Assembly (NCBI RefSeq): GCF_009834535.1
Contig: NC_045696.1
Span: forward strand, 13,394,001-13,458,000
Direction: 5' to 3'
Source: Camelus ferus
Taxonomy: Eukaryota
DNA length: 64,000 nucleotides
The position numbers and the translations under genes were made by a program. The stretch's first letter is position 1, and each line of letters opens with the position of its first letter. Shown here piece by piece: positions 34,934 through 48,120 of this stretch. The notes beneath the pieces are model-generated. The model was not told the origin of the DNA, searched no databases, and saw nothing but the letters and a program-made list of their open reading frames with translations.

Positions 34934-37769
34934 GTTAGTACCTATATTAGGATCAAAACCTAAAGACTAAAAGTAGAGGCAATCGACTAACTTTCAAGCG
35001 AAGATGTTTACTCTAAAAATTATCTTTTAAAAGATAGGTTTCAAAATCTATAATTACAACAAAATATAGCAATAAAGCAGGGAACTGAAGAACCAATTTG
35101 TCAACACATATTTTATGTACAACAAAACAAGCTTGTTATTACATAAGATCCTCAGACCCTTCCCAGGACCAGATCCATCCACCATTTTTCTCTCGTGGAT
35201 TCAGAGCAGGGGAGAGCACTGCAGTAGTTTTTATTACTTTCTCAGGCTGAGTCTGGAGTATCGGCACACAGTGAGTGTCCAGGTTGAGTTATGCATTTCC
35301 TGATGGCCTTGTCAGTGGCAACAGGGCTTCCTCATCAGAAGGCTTAGCCCGTTTCCATGGTGATAGATCCTGGGCACACCTGAGGTCTCCTCCCTGAGGG
35401 GCTTGGTGAGGGGCAGGGTGACTTTTCAAAAGGAAGATGTTAAGTCATAGGATGAGGAAAATAAAGGGTCACTGGGCACTCAGACTTGGCCTCTTCCCCA
35501 CTGGATCTGATGCTGTCCTACTGGGAATGACAGATGAAAAAGGAAAGGCAACAGAGCGAGGATTCCCATTGCCAGAGAAATTTCCAGAATAAAGGAGGGA
35601 AGTTTTGTTTTCAAGTCAGAGCTGAAGTGACTGACAAGAATTTGTGAGGCCCGGGAGAAAGCTCGAGATGGATTGATTCCACTCTCCAACCCTTGTGGTT
35701 TTGGCTCTCAGATGTGAGAGCAGAACTTTATTGGTGAGCTCCAGTGATCTCCTCCCATACTGAGTAGCTGGAAATGAATCAAAGCTGGCAAGAGCTGAAA
35801 AGTGAGTAGGCATGCCTCTGGCTCACAAGCGAAATATACAGTTTCTGAATAAATACCGACTGGCAGCCTCGAGAATGGAACTTGTCACTATGGGCCAGCC
35901 TTCGTTGGAGATTATTCTACACCAATTAGATACACTGTATGTATTAGAGTAGTTACCAGGACAGGCAAAGGAAAGACCTGTTAAGAAGAAGGGTTGTCTT
36001 TATATTAACGAATGAGTAGGAGTCACATAAAGCAAGGCCAATTTCTTTTTGAAGCTCTGGTAGCATTCAATGCCAGTGCTCCTCATTCATGCTTTGGCTC
36101 CTTCCAGAAGCATTAGAGGGAATTGTGTGTTTGTAATACATGGTGCTTATCCATAATTCCTTTTGAAAATGTGTCTTTCTGATTTTCGGCTTTCAGAGTT
36201 AGCCAGCCCCTCCAGGGGTCACAGACATTCAAGGTGCAGTTTGTAATTTTCCTCAAACCTCCTCTCCTGCCCCTGCAATGTGTTGGATGAGTTGGAACAA
36301 AAATGTGGAAAAGTAATGTACATACTTGAAACACACAGAGACAGTCAAGGCTCCTTCAAGTTCAAGGATCCTGATGTGCCCTTTGGATCTCACAGGATTA
36401 GCTAAAGATCGCATTCTCCCTTGTGTTCCTATTTTTTTTCTCTCTCTCAGACCATCTTTTTCCTCAACTCAAATTTTTCTTAGTAATCCCAATTTATCAA
36501 GTGTATTGTTTTCTCATTCGATACGTCCCTTTCAATGCACGTTACAGAAGCATAACGGAAAGTGGAAAGAAACACGATGAAAAGCATTGTAATTTTATCT
36601 AATATTTAAAAAGCAATGATTTTGTTACAGGTAAGACAGTGTAATCAGACATAATTAGCTAATATATTTCCCATTTCCCTTCTTTAAAGTCAGTTGATCT
36701 TGTTTTGCTAGGTATGTCAGTCTTTGGGAACACAAGTATGTTACACCTTCTCAATCATGCTTTTTCTCTTCCATGTATTGAATCCAAGAGAGAGAAATGT
36801 GTGAAGCTGGAAATCTCAGGAATTTTAAACAATAGCAGCGTAATAGCAGGAAAGCTTAGAGAGCGAGTGAAAAAAGATAGAAGGGGCAGCAGCTGACTCA
36901 AAATTCTGCCCTGATGCTTGGCTTCAGCCCCACCTGCCTGAAGTGTTCATTAAACATCCATTATCATTCCTGTGTTTGAGGACATCCCCCTTGCCAGGGT
37001 CACAGGCTTCAACAACAGCAAACGTGGTGTGGCAGCTGGCTTAACTCTGGGAACACGACATGCCCCCAAAGTAATAACATTTCTTATTTAAAAGGGAAGA
37101 TATCTTTAAGCATCCCTTCACTTCCCCTCTGAGACTGACAGGCAATTTTGACTGTTTAGTTTTACTTAGCACCGACGAATGACTCTATTTCATTCAGCTT
37201 CAGGATAATTTGGTGGTGCACACTGCCACTGGCACGGAGGGGAAGTGTAAGTGAAGGGCGTCATTAGAGGCATTCCAGAGCCAATCTTGGTGAAATTAGA
37301 GTCTTTGGAAACGAAATCAAGCCTTAGTTTCCAAGAAGGGACGCCAGACAAGAAGATAGTAATGCGAAATTGGCTGAATGAGCCCTAGCTTTCAAAGCAC
37401 TAGACAAGGTCAGAAAACCAAAGTTTAAATTATGTTTTCCCTCATGTGTGCACTCTGTCCATAATAACTAGTTAATGAGCATATTGGTATTTACCCCGTG
37501 TCTGTTTACTTCTAGAAAGCATGATTTCATTCAGTTTTGCAATTGTGGGTGCACAAATACAGTGCTAGTTGGTGAATTGCTTAATTCTCTTTACTTGGAC
37601 TGTAAGTAGATTTTAAGTACAGCCTAGCAAATACTAACTGGGGCCAAATAAAACGTTGCTTTCTGTTTCCCAGATCCCCCTCTCTATTTTGATTATGGTC
37701 AATGGGGTTTAATAGACTTTTCTATCTGCATTCTGTTTGCATCTATTCTATCTAAAGACCTCTTCTCCT

Positions 37770-38110
37770 GTAGCCTCAGATGGTTTGCTTTCTTCCTGTA
37801 TCAGGTCTCCGTTGAAATGTCACCTCCCCAGAGATGGCTTCTCAAACTGTCCCGTTTAAAATGATTCATCAACTTCCAGTCATTCTTTATGCCTCACCTG
37901 ATTTATTTTCTTTGTGTCAGTTACTTCTGTATGAAACAACAATACATATCATTTCAACTACTTTCTTTAATTTTCTACTTCTCCCAAGAGAAACTAAGCT
38001 CTTTGGAAACTTTGCCTGTCTTCTTCACTGCTGTAATCCCAGTTTTTGGAATGGAACCTAGAACTTGGTAGGGTTCTTCACTTATTCAGCAGATCAAGGA
38101 AAGAATAAGG
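37770..38110 (+). mobile_element. L2 3' fragment
   Basis: CAGGTCTCCGTTGAAATGTCACCTCCCCAGAGATGGCTTC...TCTTCACTGCTGTAATCCCAG..GGAACCTAGAACTTGGTAGG. Confidence 0.8.
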
Positions 38111-38213
38111 GAAAGAGAATAACTGGAAAGTTAAGAGTGATGATGCGTATCAAATTCCCAGTCAAATAACCTCTAATTCTATTTTTCACCCTCTCACTCA
38201 AAAAAGCAAAGCG

Positions 38214-38498
38214 ACATAGAAAAGAAACTTATGGTTACTGGTGGGTGGGGGGAAGGGGGTGGAAGGGGATAAATTGCGAGCTCGAGATTTGCAGATACTA
38301 CCATATATGAAATAGATAAACAATAAGTTTATACTGATAGCACAGGGAATGATATTCAACACTTTTTAGTAACAGGGTGAAAAGAAGTTGAAAACAAATA
38401 TATGTATGTTGATGTATGTCTGAAGTGTTGTGCTGTACACCAGAAACTGATACAACATTGACTATACTTCAATAAAAATATATATAGTAAAAAAAAAA
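38214..38498 (+). mobile_element. Young 5'-truncated L1 3' end with TSD
   Basis: ACATAGAAAAGAAACTTATGGTTAC...GAGATTTGCAGATACT...TGCTGTACACCAGAAACTGATACAACATTG..AATAAA, A-tail. Flanks AAAAAAGCAAAGCG (38200-38213) and AAGAAAGCAAAGAG (38497-38510), 12/14 identical. Confidence 0.93.
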
Positions 38499-40939
38499 GA
38501 AAGCAAAGAGGAACACAAATGAATAAAGGTGATAGCAATAGAAGAATGTCCTTGGATCCTTTACAAAGTTTTCAAAACAACCTTGATTTCAAATTTTATT
38601 TTTTAAGTTTCACCAATAATGATTTGCTTCTAATAGTGATAACAGCATGTTTCAACATCTATCTTAAAAGCCCCGTGGTGTGAATGCAATTGTGACTAGA
38701 ACAGGGTGACACACTTGCATCGTCTTCCTCCATGAACACTTTAATTACCTTTGGATTCTCACAAATAAAGTAACTAGCATCTAGCATCCAGCACCAGCTC
38801 ATTTGTGAAGCCACTAAGAAATACACAGATGAGCGAATATGCTGATTCTGAAACGTACTGGCTAGGCCCAGTCAGCTTGGAAGGGAGGCTGCCAGTCAGT
38901 CCCCTGGTGTCTCATTGAAGGGTCTGCGTGCTGACATTTCCAAAGGCAAGAAACCGGCAGCTTGTGTGGGCTGATGCGTTTGACATCTCTGTTAAGCACT
39001 TCATTCTTAGTGACTGAGCACATGGATATAACGGATAGGGTTTTTAAATTCTCAGAGAGAAAAAAAAAATTACACCTAGGAGCATAAGGTATTCTGGGTG
39101 GAAAAGGCATCCTATTCTTTTCTTTGTGTTTGTGTTGGTAAAGTAAACACAGCGCTCTGATCATCCAGCACAGCCTAGTCTGCAGTTTCTCTAGGCAGCC
39201 CTTTCAGAACCATGCAGAAATTTCTCTTCTCACTTGCCTGGTGCGTCCACGCAAAAACTGGCATTCCTGAAAGATGCCCTGCGAAGTTTTGTGACAGTAA
39301 GCATGGCGGGACTGCTGACATCACATAACCTGAAGCATGATAAGCACTTACCCAGGAATAACCTGGACTGCGGTGCTACTGAACAGTCTGAAGAACAGAA
39401 CCCAAGAATTAATTCTTGCCCTAAGAATTTTGCACTTTATCCAAACAATGTGTTAGTTCAGTCAAATCCTTTTACCATCAGAATATAAGTTAAATTACTG
39501 GCTAAATGGGTGGGTCCTCTTATCTGAGGGCCACCAGAGATTATGGAGGTTGAAAATCTCTGAGAAAACTCAGTTATTATCACAGAGGATGACAAGACAG
39601 ACACTTACATGTTTTGTTGGGGAACCAGCTTTCATACATATTCTCATATCAACATAAAAAATTAACCTTCTAAATCCAGGAGAGCTGAGCATGATGGACA
39701 TTGGGATAAACAAGGTTGTGTGGCACTAAACAGATAAAGAATGTGTCTTAAATAGCAATGTCAAAAGAATGAGACATTCAATATAGCCTGTAGATTAATA
39801 TATCCCCTATATTGCAAGGTAATAACTCCTTCTCGGAGCACAAGGCTCAAGATTTCATATAGGTTTTCCTTATTTGACTTGATCTCCTCACACCATGCTG
39901 TAATGCAAACCAGATGCACAACCAGTCCTGATTCCAGATAAATCAACACAGACCCAGAGAAGTGAAGTGGCTGCCTGTCTATCCCATAGTGAGCACTGAG
40001 ATCACAGGTTAGACCAAAGACCTGATGTATAAATGAATGACACCTCAGGAGAAGATGCTGGTGTGTTTCCATTTATTGTTTATGGTGTGCTTTTTTGATT
40101 AAAAAAAAAAGTCCTACCCAGAGGGAAAAAAATGCTTAACACATATCCTTTTGTCATGGGGAAAATTCATAAATTAATAGGAAAGAAGGTGCTCATTACG
40201 AATGGGGGAAAAGCCACTTTTGGTCTTCTGATTATGGGGTAAGCATTCCTAGAGCCAAACTGCCTTTGCTAAGTGTTATTTTTCTCTCATTTTCCACGCT
40301 GGGCAACACACTGACTTTCGGTTTCCTCCTTTTCTTTAAATAAGAAGAAGGGGTCTGGCAGCATTCCATTCCCCCCATTTGCTACAGCAGTTTGTGGTTC
40401 CTTTGTGATAAAGGAGAGATAGGCAGATGCAACCCTTATTTTTCCCTTATTTACTCTATATAATTTTTCATGTAACTTAGATGCTCCTCCCATTCCGATT
40501 TTGGGAGAGCACGCAAATGGATGTGAGATGTCTTACTGGGCTCCCACAGGCCAGGAGTGCACAGAGGCAGCTGTACAGTTTACAACCTAATTGGCAGTGT
40601 CGTAGATCACTGGATGCCCCAAGTTCACCAGGAGGAGATAAGGATGTCAGAGAGGACCCCTGAAGAGATACATCAAAAGCTTCTCCCTCTGCCTCTCTCG
40701 ATAACGATTCTAACTGTGTGCTGCGGGTTGTGGGTTGTTACGGTGACAGGAGGGGGTATAACTTGGGAGGCCAAGAAAAAAATAATTTAGCCAGGAAGTC
40801 ATCTGTAAAGTCTTTGGTTGTGAAATAGGTTTAAAATATTGGATACGTTTAAAACATTGGTAGGAAGTAGAGTTGAGCTGTAGACTGTAGGATGTGTGTG
40901 GGCATTTTTAAGTTAATAAAGCTTTTCAATTTATTTTAC

Positions 40940-41180
40940 AAAGGCAATAACATGGAGCCTAATGCAAACTCTGGCATTGGAATGCCTTGTTTCAAAACTA
41001 GTCCCCACTATTTAACCACCTGGGCAATCTTGATCTTAGTTACTTTAACTCTCTGGACCTGCAAAGTGGGGATGATGATGACACCCACTTTGTAAGAATG
41101 TTCAGATGTTTAAATGAGTTAAGCATGGAGACAATAAATGGATTCATAAGAAATGATCAATGCCTTTTGGCCATCATGAT
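40940..41180 (+). mobile_element. MIR SINE
   Basis: CCTGGGCAA..TTACTTTAACTCTCTGGACCTGCAAAGTGGGGATGATGATG..GTTTAAATGAGTTAA. Confidence 0.7.
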
Positions 41181-41207
41181 TATTTTGTATTTTCACAGAA
41201 GATAATA

Positions 41208-41480
41208 CAATTGACCCTTGAACAACACCCGTCTGAACTGTGTGAGTCCACTTACACATCGGTATTTTTCAGTCAATATACAGTTGGCCTTCTGAATCTA
41301 GGGGTTCAAGCATTTTCAGATTCAACCAACCACAGATCTCAAACTTAATACATGATCCATGGTTGGCCAAATTCGACAACGCAGAATCTGCCCATCCTGA
41401 GGGCGGACTATGGGACTTGAGCATCCAGGGATTTCGGTATCCACGCTGGGTCTGGGAACTGATCCTTTGTATGGATGGCA
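41208..41480. mobile_element. TcMar-Tigger MITE (Tigger2/MER2/MER8 group)
   Basis: TA then CAATTGACCCTTGAACAACAC (Tigger2-type TIR), GATTCAACCAACCACAGATC and GGACTTGAGCATCC..GATTTCGGTATCC. Confidence 0.85.
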
Positions 41481-41489
41481 ATATAGCGT

Positions 41490-41745
41490 ATGGGTAACAT
41501 GAAGGCCCTGGAGTCAACTACCTGGATATCATTTCTTGTTCAATCCCTTCCTAACTGTGTGACTTTGGGCAAGTCACTTAACCTCTCTCAGCTTCACTTT
41601 CCCACCTGTAAAATAGAGGTATCTGTAATAGATACTTCACAAGGTTCTTTTAGAATAAATGCGGAAGCCCCTGTACAATAACAGTGTTTATTTTACAGCT
41701 ATCAGATTATACGTGCCCAATTGATGTGAGCTGTTATCATTATCT
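41490..41745 (+). mobile_element. MIR SINE
   Basis: CTAACTGTGTGACTTTGGGCAAGTCACTTAACCTCTCTCAGCTTCACTTTCCCACCTGTAAAATAG. Confidence 0.9.
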
Positions 41746-42003
41746 AAGCAAGCTATGATTAGTGAGGTGACAGGACACTTGGAATGGGGGTAAAATCATT
41801 GCACCAGCCATCATGCTGTGGGATATCTGATTCAGGATTCTGCTTGATTATCTTTTTTTTTTTTTTTTTTTTTTTTTTGTAGAGTAAGAGTTTCCACTGA
41901 CTAAAGAAATGAAATCCATTCATTTTCCCTTCTCCACTCTTGTTCACTCTCATTGATTATAGCCTCCAGAGTTTCCGGGGTAAAATCTGAAACCAGCCCC
42001 CCA

Positions 42004-42372
42004 TATGGAGGACAGAGAAAGACTGAGGAAAGCAGCAGGTCACTCCGGATTGGTGGGTGGCAAGTTTAATAATCAAGGAAACTTACATACAAGGTTTGTC
42101 TTGGGGACCTGCAAGACCAGTGGATCTCTGCATCCATCTGCCAGAATTTGAAAAGTTTATATAGGGGACTTAACTGAATTCAGTCGTGCATACCATGTAG
42201 ATGGTCTCAACAACACAGTGCTCTCTCAAGGCTATGTCCTTGGGACAGCCTTGTAGGAAGAGTGGGTAGAACACACATGCCAAGGATGGGAGGGGGTGAG
42301 GAGCCTCTGATTGCCCACGTCCAGCTCACAGGTCAACCATGGGTCATGTCCTCTTGTTTATCTCCTCCAACA
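42004..42372 (-). mobile_element. ERV-type solo LTR (~370 bp)
   Basis: Minus strand starts TGTTGGAGG and ends CCTCCATA (inverted termini), with TATATAAA at 42156-42163 and ATTAAA at 42065-42070 in U3-R-U5 order. Confidence 0.8.
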
Positions 42373-42669
42373 TCTCTTAAATACTATTTTGAAAACAGTA
42401 CATATCAAAATAGTGTACTTATAAAAGGTATGTCCTTATATCTTGATCATAGGCAAGGTTGAATGATTATGATGATTATTACTATGAGCACAATTAAAAA
42501 TACCCAAAAACTATCACTGGCCAATATTTATAGAATAAAAATTGCAGATATTGAAATTTATTAAAGTGAAAGGTCTTCTAATTCTTAATTATCACCAAAA
42601 TTGAAAAAAAGTTGAAATTTTACAACTCCATGGTTGTCACCTAGTAACAGTAAAGGATTGTCTATATAT

Positions 42670-43032
42670 TGTAGTATTGTTCCTCTCTATTTGCTGCTTC
42701 CCAAGAGGCAGACTACACTTTCCTGTCTTGATGATTTGAGGTTTGGCTGTAGGTCTTTTTCTATCATTGGAAGGTAGATGAAAGTGATGATTGACTGGTT
42801 CTGAACAGAACCACTCTCCTGAGTCTCTGCCCTCTGCTATGCCAGCAACATGCCCTAGAGAATGGCTGTTCATTCAAAGAAGTCATATGCAGCCCAGTTA
42901 AGCCCAGAAGAACCTGGCAAAATTGTAGCAGATCACAGCCATCATGAAACATGGACAATAAGTTAAATATTTGTTTTTATAATTCACTGAGATTTGAGAG
43001 TTATTCATGGCTACAGCAAAAGCTGGATAATA
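42670..43032 (+). mobile_element. Old MaLR LTR (MLT1H/I-like)
   Basis: GACTACACTTTCCTG...CCCTCTGCTATG..CAACATG..GAATGGCTGTTC...CACTGAGATTTGAGAGTT..TACAGCAAAAGCTGGATAATA. Confidence 0.75.
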
Positions 43033-43123
43033 GGAGGATGGGTAGAGGTCAGTGGTAGAGCACATGCTTAGCATGCTCGAGGTCCTGGGTTCAATCCTTA
43101 GTACTTCCATTAAAATATTTTTT
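43033..43123 (+). mobile_element. tRNA-derived SINE (camelid Vic-type) with 13-bp TSD
   Basis: A-box-like TCAGTGGTAGAG, CATGCTTAGCATG, B-box GGTTCAATCC, then AGTACTTCCA and an AT tail. TSD AAGCTGGATAATA (43020-43032) / AAGCTGAATAATA (43124-43136). Confidence 0.9.
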
Positions 43124-43136
43124 AAGCTGAATAATA

Positions 43137-43350
43137 AATATGGAACCATTTATAGAGGACTTGCTACGTGCCCAGTACTTGGGTGAGCATTATTTTATCT
43201 TCTCCATACTCCTATGAACTAGGCATCATTATTCCTGTTTAGCAGATGAAGAACAGAGTCAAAAATGTTGAATAATTTGCTATATAACTCATTAGGGACC
43301 AAGTTGAGATTCAACTCACGTCTATCTAACTCAAGGACTAGAGTTGTAGG
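43137..43350 (-). mobile_element. MIR SINE
   Basis: CCATTTATAGAGGACTTGCTACGTGCC...CCTATGAACTAGGCATCATTATTCCTGTTTAGCAGATGAAGAA..GAGATTCAACTC. Confidence 0.8.
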
Positions 43351-45539
43351 CAACATAGGTGTGTTACATTCTAAGGATGGAAACTATTAGGGAAAACCCT
43401 ATAAAATGGTTGATTTTAAAAGTGAATCATGTCCAAATCCCAGCCATTCCATACGGTTCAACCTAAGAATTCTTGATATATTTAAAAAATGAGAAAAAAC
43501 ACACATAGTATTTTCTGACCAAATCCAAAAGTCAATAATAAATATTAAGAAACAATCAAAATTGTCTAGGACTAGAACTTTTTTGACACTGGATTTACTT
43601 AGGTGACTCAGACACAGTCCAACCCACACTGGATCATACTTAAGTGATTTAAATTCTCATGGAAAAAAGAAGCCAGATTTTTATTCTAATTCTTTTAGAT
43701 TCTCAGCACGGTCTCCATGGCCCTTTCTGCATAAACCCTGGCCTTAAAAAATGCCCCCGGGTCTCCTTGACTTTCTCTCCCTAGTTGAGCTTTGAGGATT
43801 TCTCCCCACTTGAGAGATGAATAATTCATAAATGGAAACTCTACAACACGAGCCCCACCACTCCTCAGCCTCCCAACTTGGTCATATCCTCATTATGGGA
43901 AAAGCCATTCCAAAAGGCAAACAGCTTTTCATAATTGTTATTTAATGGATATTGCCTGCTCCTGGGATTTCTTTCTCAGTGTCTATTTGTAATTCAAAGG
44001 TCAGCTTAATACCACTGGCATACACAAGGAGATCTGCTCCTCCTGATTGAAATTCAGATACAGTGGCACAGTAGATTAGTCTAGGAGCCTCTTATGTGGT
44101 GTGGGTCACACTTAGGATGAATCTGACCTCATCTTAATTTTAGGTTTTCACCAGTCACTCAGAAAACTGACCTATGAACGTGGACTATGACCAGGGGCTT
44201 TTGTCCCATTGGCTTAGCATAAGGGGTGGGGTGTGACAGTGTGAAAAGCCTTCGTGCTCTGCTATGGTCATTATCCCTCCCCTTAACTGGCCCTAATATC
44301 TCCTAAATGGGTTTCTCCTTAATGTAATTTAATCAGGAAAAGGCAGCCCCAGAGAATAATTTAGGCCTCCTATATGTACACATTTGCAGGATTTATATGG
44401 CAAGCTACACTTAAATTAGTAACGGCAGTCTCATTTCAAGATATTATATATTGAAATATTATTCCACAAGAAAGCTGTTTTCCAAGTAGGCATGGATGAT
44501 GATTATTTATTAGCTTAAAATGTATCCCTTCTTCCCATCTCACCAAACACCACTTCCATTTCGACTGAGCTCAGAGCTCTCACACACTGCAGTCTATGCG
44601 TGAAGGCTGGCTGCTTTTAGATGCATTTGTGGCTTGAGTTGCAGGAGAGAAAACTGCTCCCATAAATTTCACACCATTTATGGTAGATACTTGTTTACTT
44701 TAAAAATAGAGCGAAATTAAAACTCGGAAAGGACAACTTCTAGGCTAGCATGGTTTGTGTGTTTGTATATATATGTGTGTGTATGTGTGTGTGCATGAGA
44801 GAGAGAGCTTTCTTTTTCTTCTTTCTGCTTTTATTTTATAGCATGATATTTGGAGTTCAGTATTGAGGTTATTTCCAATCAAATTGCATTCAACCCTGGA
44901 ACAATGGATAGATTGTCAGCATGGATGATAGTGGGTTATGGGCTACAATTCTCTAGGTTTAAATGGAGGATATAAAACTAACGTCTGTAAGGTCAACATT
45001 ATTTTTTCTCCCCTGGAGAAAATCTGACAGTAATTTTGAGGGTAGAGGCTTGAAGAGACCAGCCAATAGTACTTGAAATAAAAGCTAAGAGAAGAATTAA
45101 GACTTTAAGCAAGTAAGGTCAAGGAATCTAGTTTCCTTGTGAGACCCTGTCACCAATGACAAGGATCACCGTCCAACAGCACCGTCCCACCCCCACTGCC
45201 CACTCACCCTCATCCAGCAGTCAATTGCTAATCTTTGTTCAAATAAATTACACATTGAGGCTTGGATGAGTCTGAAACACAGTCCAATCTGTTTTTTTAA
45301 CATTAGATATGCAAGACTTTGAAACATGATGTGACCAAAGAAAGCTGTTTTTTATTTGTTTGTTTCTGGAGCTTTCTTTAAAGTTAAAAACAACGGCAGG
45401 CTGCCATGGAATGCTCACCACATGATAGATATTGTATGGAGGGCTTTAAACCCATCATCCCAGAGATAGAGAATATCTGCTACATGGTAACCAGTGGCAC
45501 ACATGTGCAGGGCACTGTGGGACACAATATTTATTATTC

Positions 45540-45745
45540 AGTTAATTCTTGAAAAAGCTGTCTGCACTCACAGTTTCCATTTTTTCCCTCCTGTTCTCAC
45601 TTCCAATCTGCTAAGACTTTTACCACTATCATTTCACTCTAATTGCTTTTATCAAGGCCACCAGTGGCATCTGTCACAGTAATTCCAATGGTCACTTCTC
45701 AGTATGTATCTTTATTGACCTATCAGCAGCATTTGATGTACTGCT
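45540..45745 (+). mobile_element. L2 ORF2-region fragment
   Basis: CTAATTGCTTTTATCAAGGCCACCAGTGGC..TCCAATGGTCACTTCTCAGT..TTGACCTATCAGCAGCATTTGA (L2 RT 'LDLSAAFD' motif). Confidence 0.8.
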
Positions 45746-46094
45746 GGTCATAATGATGACAAAGAATGGACTAAGAGCCAGAAAAGAGAATTTCCTGAGA
45801 AATTTGAATTAGAACTACTAATCCAAAGAAAATAGAAAAGGTATGCTGGCAAAAAGAGATGGTAGAATGAAGAGAAAAGAAGACATGACATAGAATTCAT
45901 GGGGATAAGATGTCGTGTGGCTGAGTGAGGGCTGCAGGCAAATCACTGGGAGGCAGCAATGGGCGTTGCTGCTATACTTCTGTGTCCCTTTCACTTGGAA
46001 AGTTACAGATTCTGAGGGCCTTAGTTCTCTAGCTAATGACAATTAAATTAAACCTATAAACATTTTTGAGTAGGCGAGAATAATAGGTAGGATT

Positions 46095-46210
46095 ATTGAC
46101 TTTTTTTAATGTGCCAAGCACTGATTTAAGGTAATTACATGCATTCATTGATTTATTCCTAAGCAATCTGGGTTCTCATCCCAATTTCACAAATGCCAAA
46201 CCAAGGCAGA
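46095..46210 (-). mobile_element. MIR SINE fragment
   Basis: ATGTGCCAAGCACTG..TTACATGCATT..ATTTATTCCT..CCCAATTTCACAAATG. Confidence 0.6.
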
Positions 46211-46399
46211 CAGTCCAAAAACCTAACCCAAGATCACCCACCTCGTGAGTAAATATGCCAGAATTTGGACATTGGGAGGATGATAATCATGGTTCCTAAG
46301 CACATAGTGTTTGGAACCACCAACTCAGTCATTACCTGGGATACCCTGATAATATCTTGTAAAGTTGAGACCCATGAAAATGTTAAAAAAAAAAAATTC

Positions 46400-46600
46400 C
46401 TCTGCTTTACCATATAGTGTGCTATCTTTTCTAAGTGCTTCAAATGTGCAAACCTATTGTGTGCAAATCCTCACAATAAGCCTATAAGATTTGTATATGA
46501 TTACATTCCCCACTTTACAAGTGAGGAAACTGAGGCATCAGTAATTCGCTCTAGTTCTTGTAGCTAGTTAGTATGGGACTGGGTGAAAAGCCATGTACAT
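46400..46600 (-). mobile_element. MIR SINE
   Basis: AATCCTCACAATAAGCCTATAAG..CCCCACTTTACAAGTGAGGAAACTGAGGCA. Confidence 0.8.
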
Positions 46601-46736
46601 CTATTATATTACTGCTGTGCATGTACATAATTTACGAACAAAAAATACATGTATTGAAGCTCTTATTATATTAACAGAGTTGGATAATTTGAAAATTTTG
46701 AGTCTATATTAAAACCTTGAGCTTACTGACCTAGAG

Positions 46737-46945
46737 CAAAGATCAGGACATTTTTTCATAAGTGGTCACATGGTAAATGTTGTAGGCTTTGTGGGCCATA
46801 TAAGTCTATTTCAACTACAGCTCTGCTAAGGCAGCCATTGACACTATGTAAACAAATAGGCATGGCTGTGTTTCAATAAAACTTTATTTACAAAAACTGG
46901 TGGTGGACTGAATTTGGCCCATGGACTGTAGTTTTCTGACCCTTG
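46737..46945. mobile_element. MER58A hAT-Charlie MITE
   Basis: GTAAATGTTGTAGGCTTTGTGGGCCATA...GGCTGTGTTTCAATAAAACTTTATTTACAAAAAC..ATTTGGCCCATGGACTGTAGTTTTCTGACCCTTG. Confidence 0.92.
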
Positions 46946-46987
46946 AATATTCTGTTTAATGAGAATAATCCAAAGTTCTTTCATGAT

Positions 46988-47462
46988 TCTGGTAGAGACT
47001 GCTACTTATCCCAATATACCCATTCTTATTTTCTTTTTTGAAAATAGAATCTTTATTTTTTTTTAAGCTGGACATATGGCTGTTCAGAATAGAAGTTATC
47101 CCCATTCTTCACCATCTGCAACAACCATGTGACAAGTTCTGGTCAATGGAAAGTAAGCAAATGTGGTATGTACCTTTTCCAGAAAATGCTGGCAAAAGGA
47201 AGGGACTCTCCTCTTCCCTGTGGGCTGGTATTTGGATGGGATATCTGGAGTCCCAGCAGCTATTTTTGGAGGCCACCTTTGGAATGAAGCTATACACGAT
47301 GGAGCAGAAAGATAGAAGAAACTTAAGTTCTTTAAAGCTTGGGGCACCAAGGCATCCTATAGCCAGACTTCTTTTATATGAAAGAGAAATATTCCTCTAT
47401 CTTGATGAACTTTTATTTGGATTTTCAGTCACATTCAGCCTAATCTAATCCTGCCTGATGCA
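46988..47462 (+). mobile_element. Old MaLR LTR (MLT1J-like)
   Basis: CCATGTGACAAGTTCTGGTCAATGGAA...CCAGCAGCTATTTTTG...GATGGAGCAGAAAGATAGAAG...TGAAAGAGAAATA..CTAATCCTGCCTGATGCA. Confidence 0.8.
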
Positions 47463-47569
47463 ATGGTCATGTATCTTTCTTATCTGTATCAAGAAGATGC
47501 ACGTGTTTCCTGACACTAGGGAAATGTCAGGATAGGAATGTGACATGACATAAGAAAAGAGAACTGAAC

Positions 47570-47730
47570 TCGAAGTCATAAACCTGGCTCTGCCAGTTAC
47601 TGTGTGATTCTGGGCAAATGGATTTAATATCACTGCCAGTTTCCTCATTTGTAAAGTGGAGTTGGAGTTGGCTGCATCTGACTTACATGGGCGTTGTGAG
47701 GCTAAAATGAAATTGAAAGTGTGAAAGTGA
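47570..47730 (+). mobile_element. MIR SINE
   Basis: CTGGCTCTGCCAGTTACTGTGTGATTCTGGGCAA..CAGTTTCCTCATTTGTAAAGTGG..GTTGTGAGGCTAAAATGA. Confidence 0.85.
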
Positions 47731-48115
47731 CAGGGTAATATTTATCCAATATTTGCAGAACATGTAAGCGTGTATGTGTATAATTCATGTTACCATGGAA
47801 ATAATACACTAGGAAGAACAAGGAAAATACTAATGTAATTGATGTGTTACCTTAGCAGTGAGATTAAAGATTGTGTGAAGAGAAATTTTTAATTTGATCT
47901 TTACACATATATGTATTTATTACAATAAGCATGTTCATTTAGAAATTAAAATAATAAGTAAAAGCAAAAAGTATGTCTATAACATAATGAATATATAATG
48001 TACACATGTAATAAACATAATTATAAATATAACCTGGAATAACACCAAATATGAGGTTCATGTTTGTTGAAACTAAAAATGACAAACTGCAAAACTCATC
48101 ATTTGTGCAGAGCTG

Positions 48116-48120
<5 letters not shown>

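Noticed and set aside
43033..43123. tRNA gene
   Set aside because: It has A/B boxes but also a TSD and an AT tail and lacks a proper acceptor stem, so it is a SINE. The same applies to 52900-53073.
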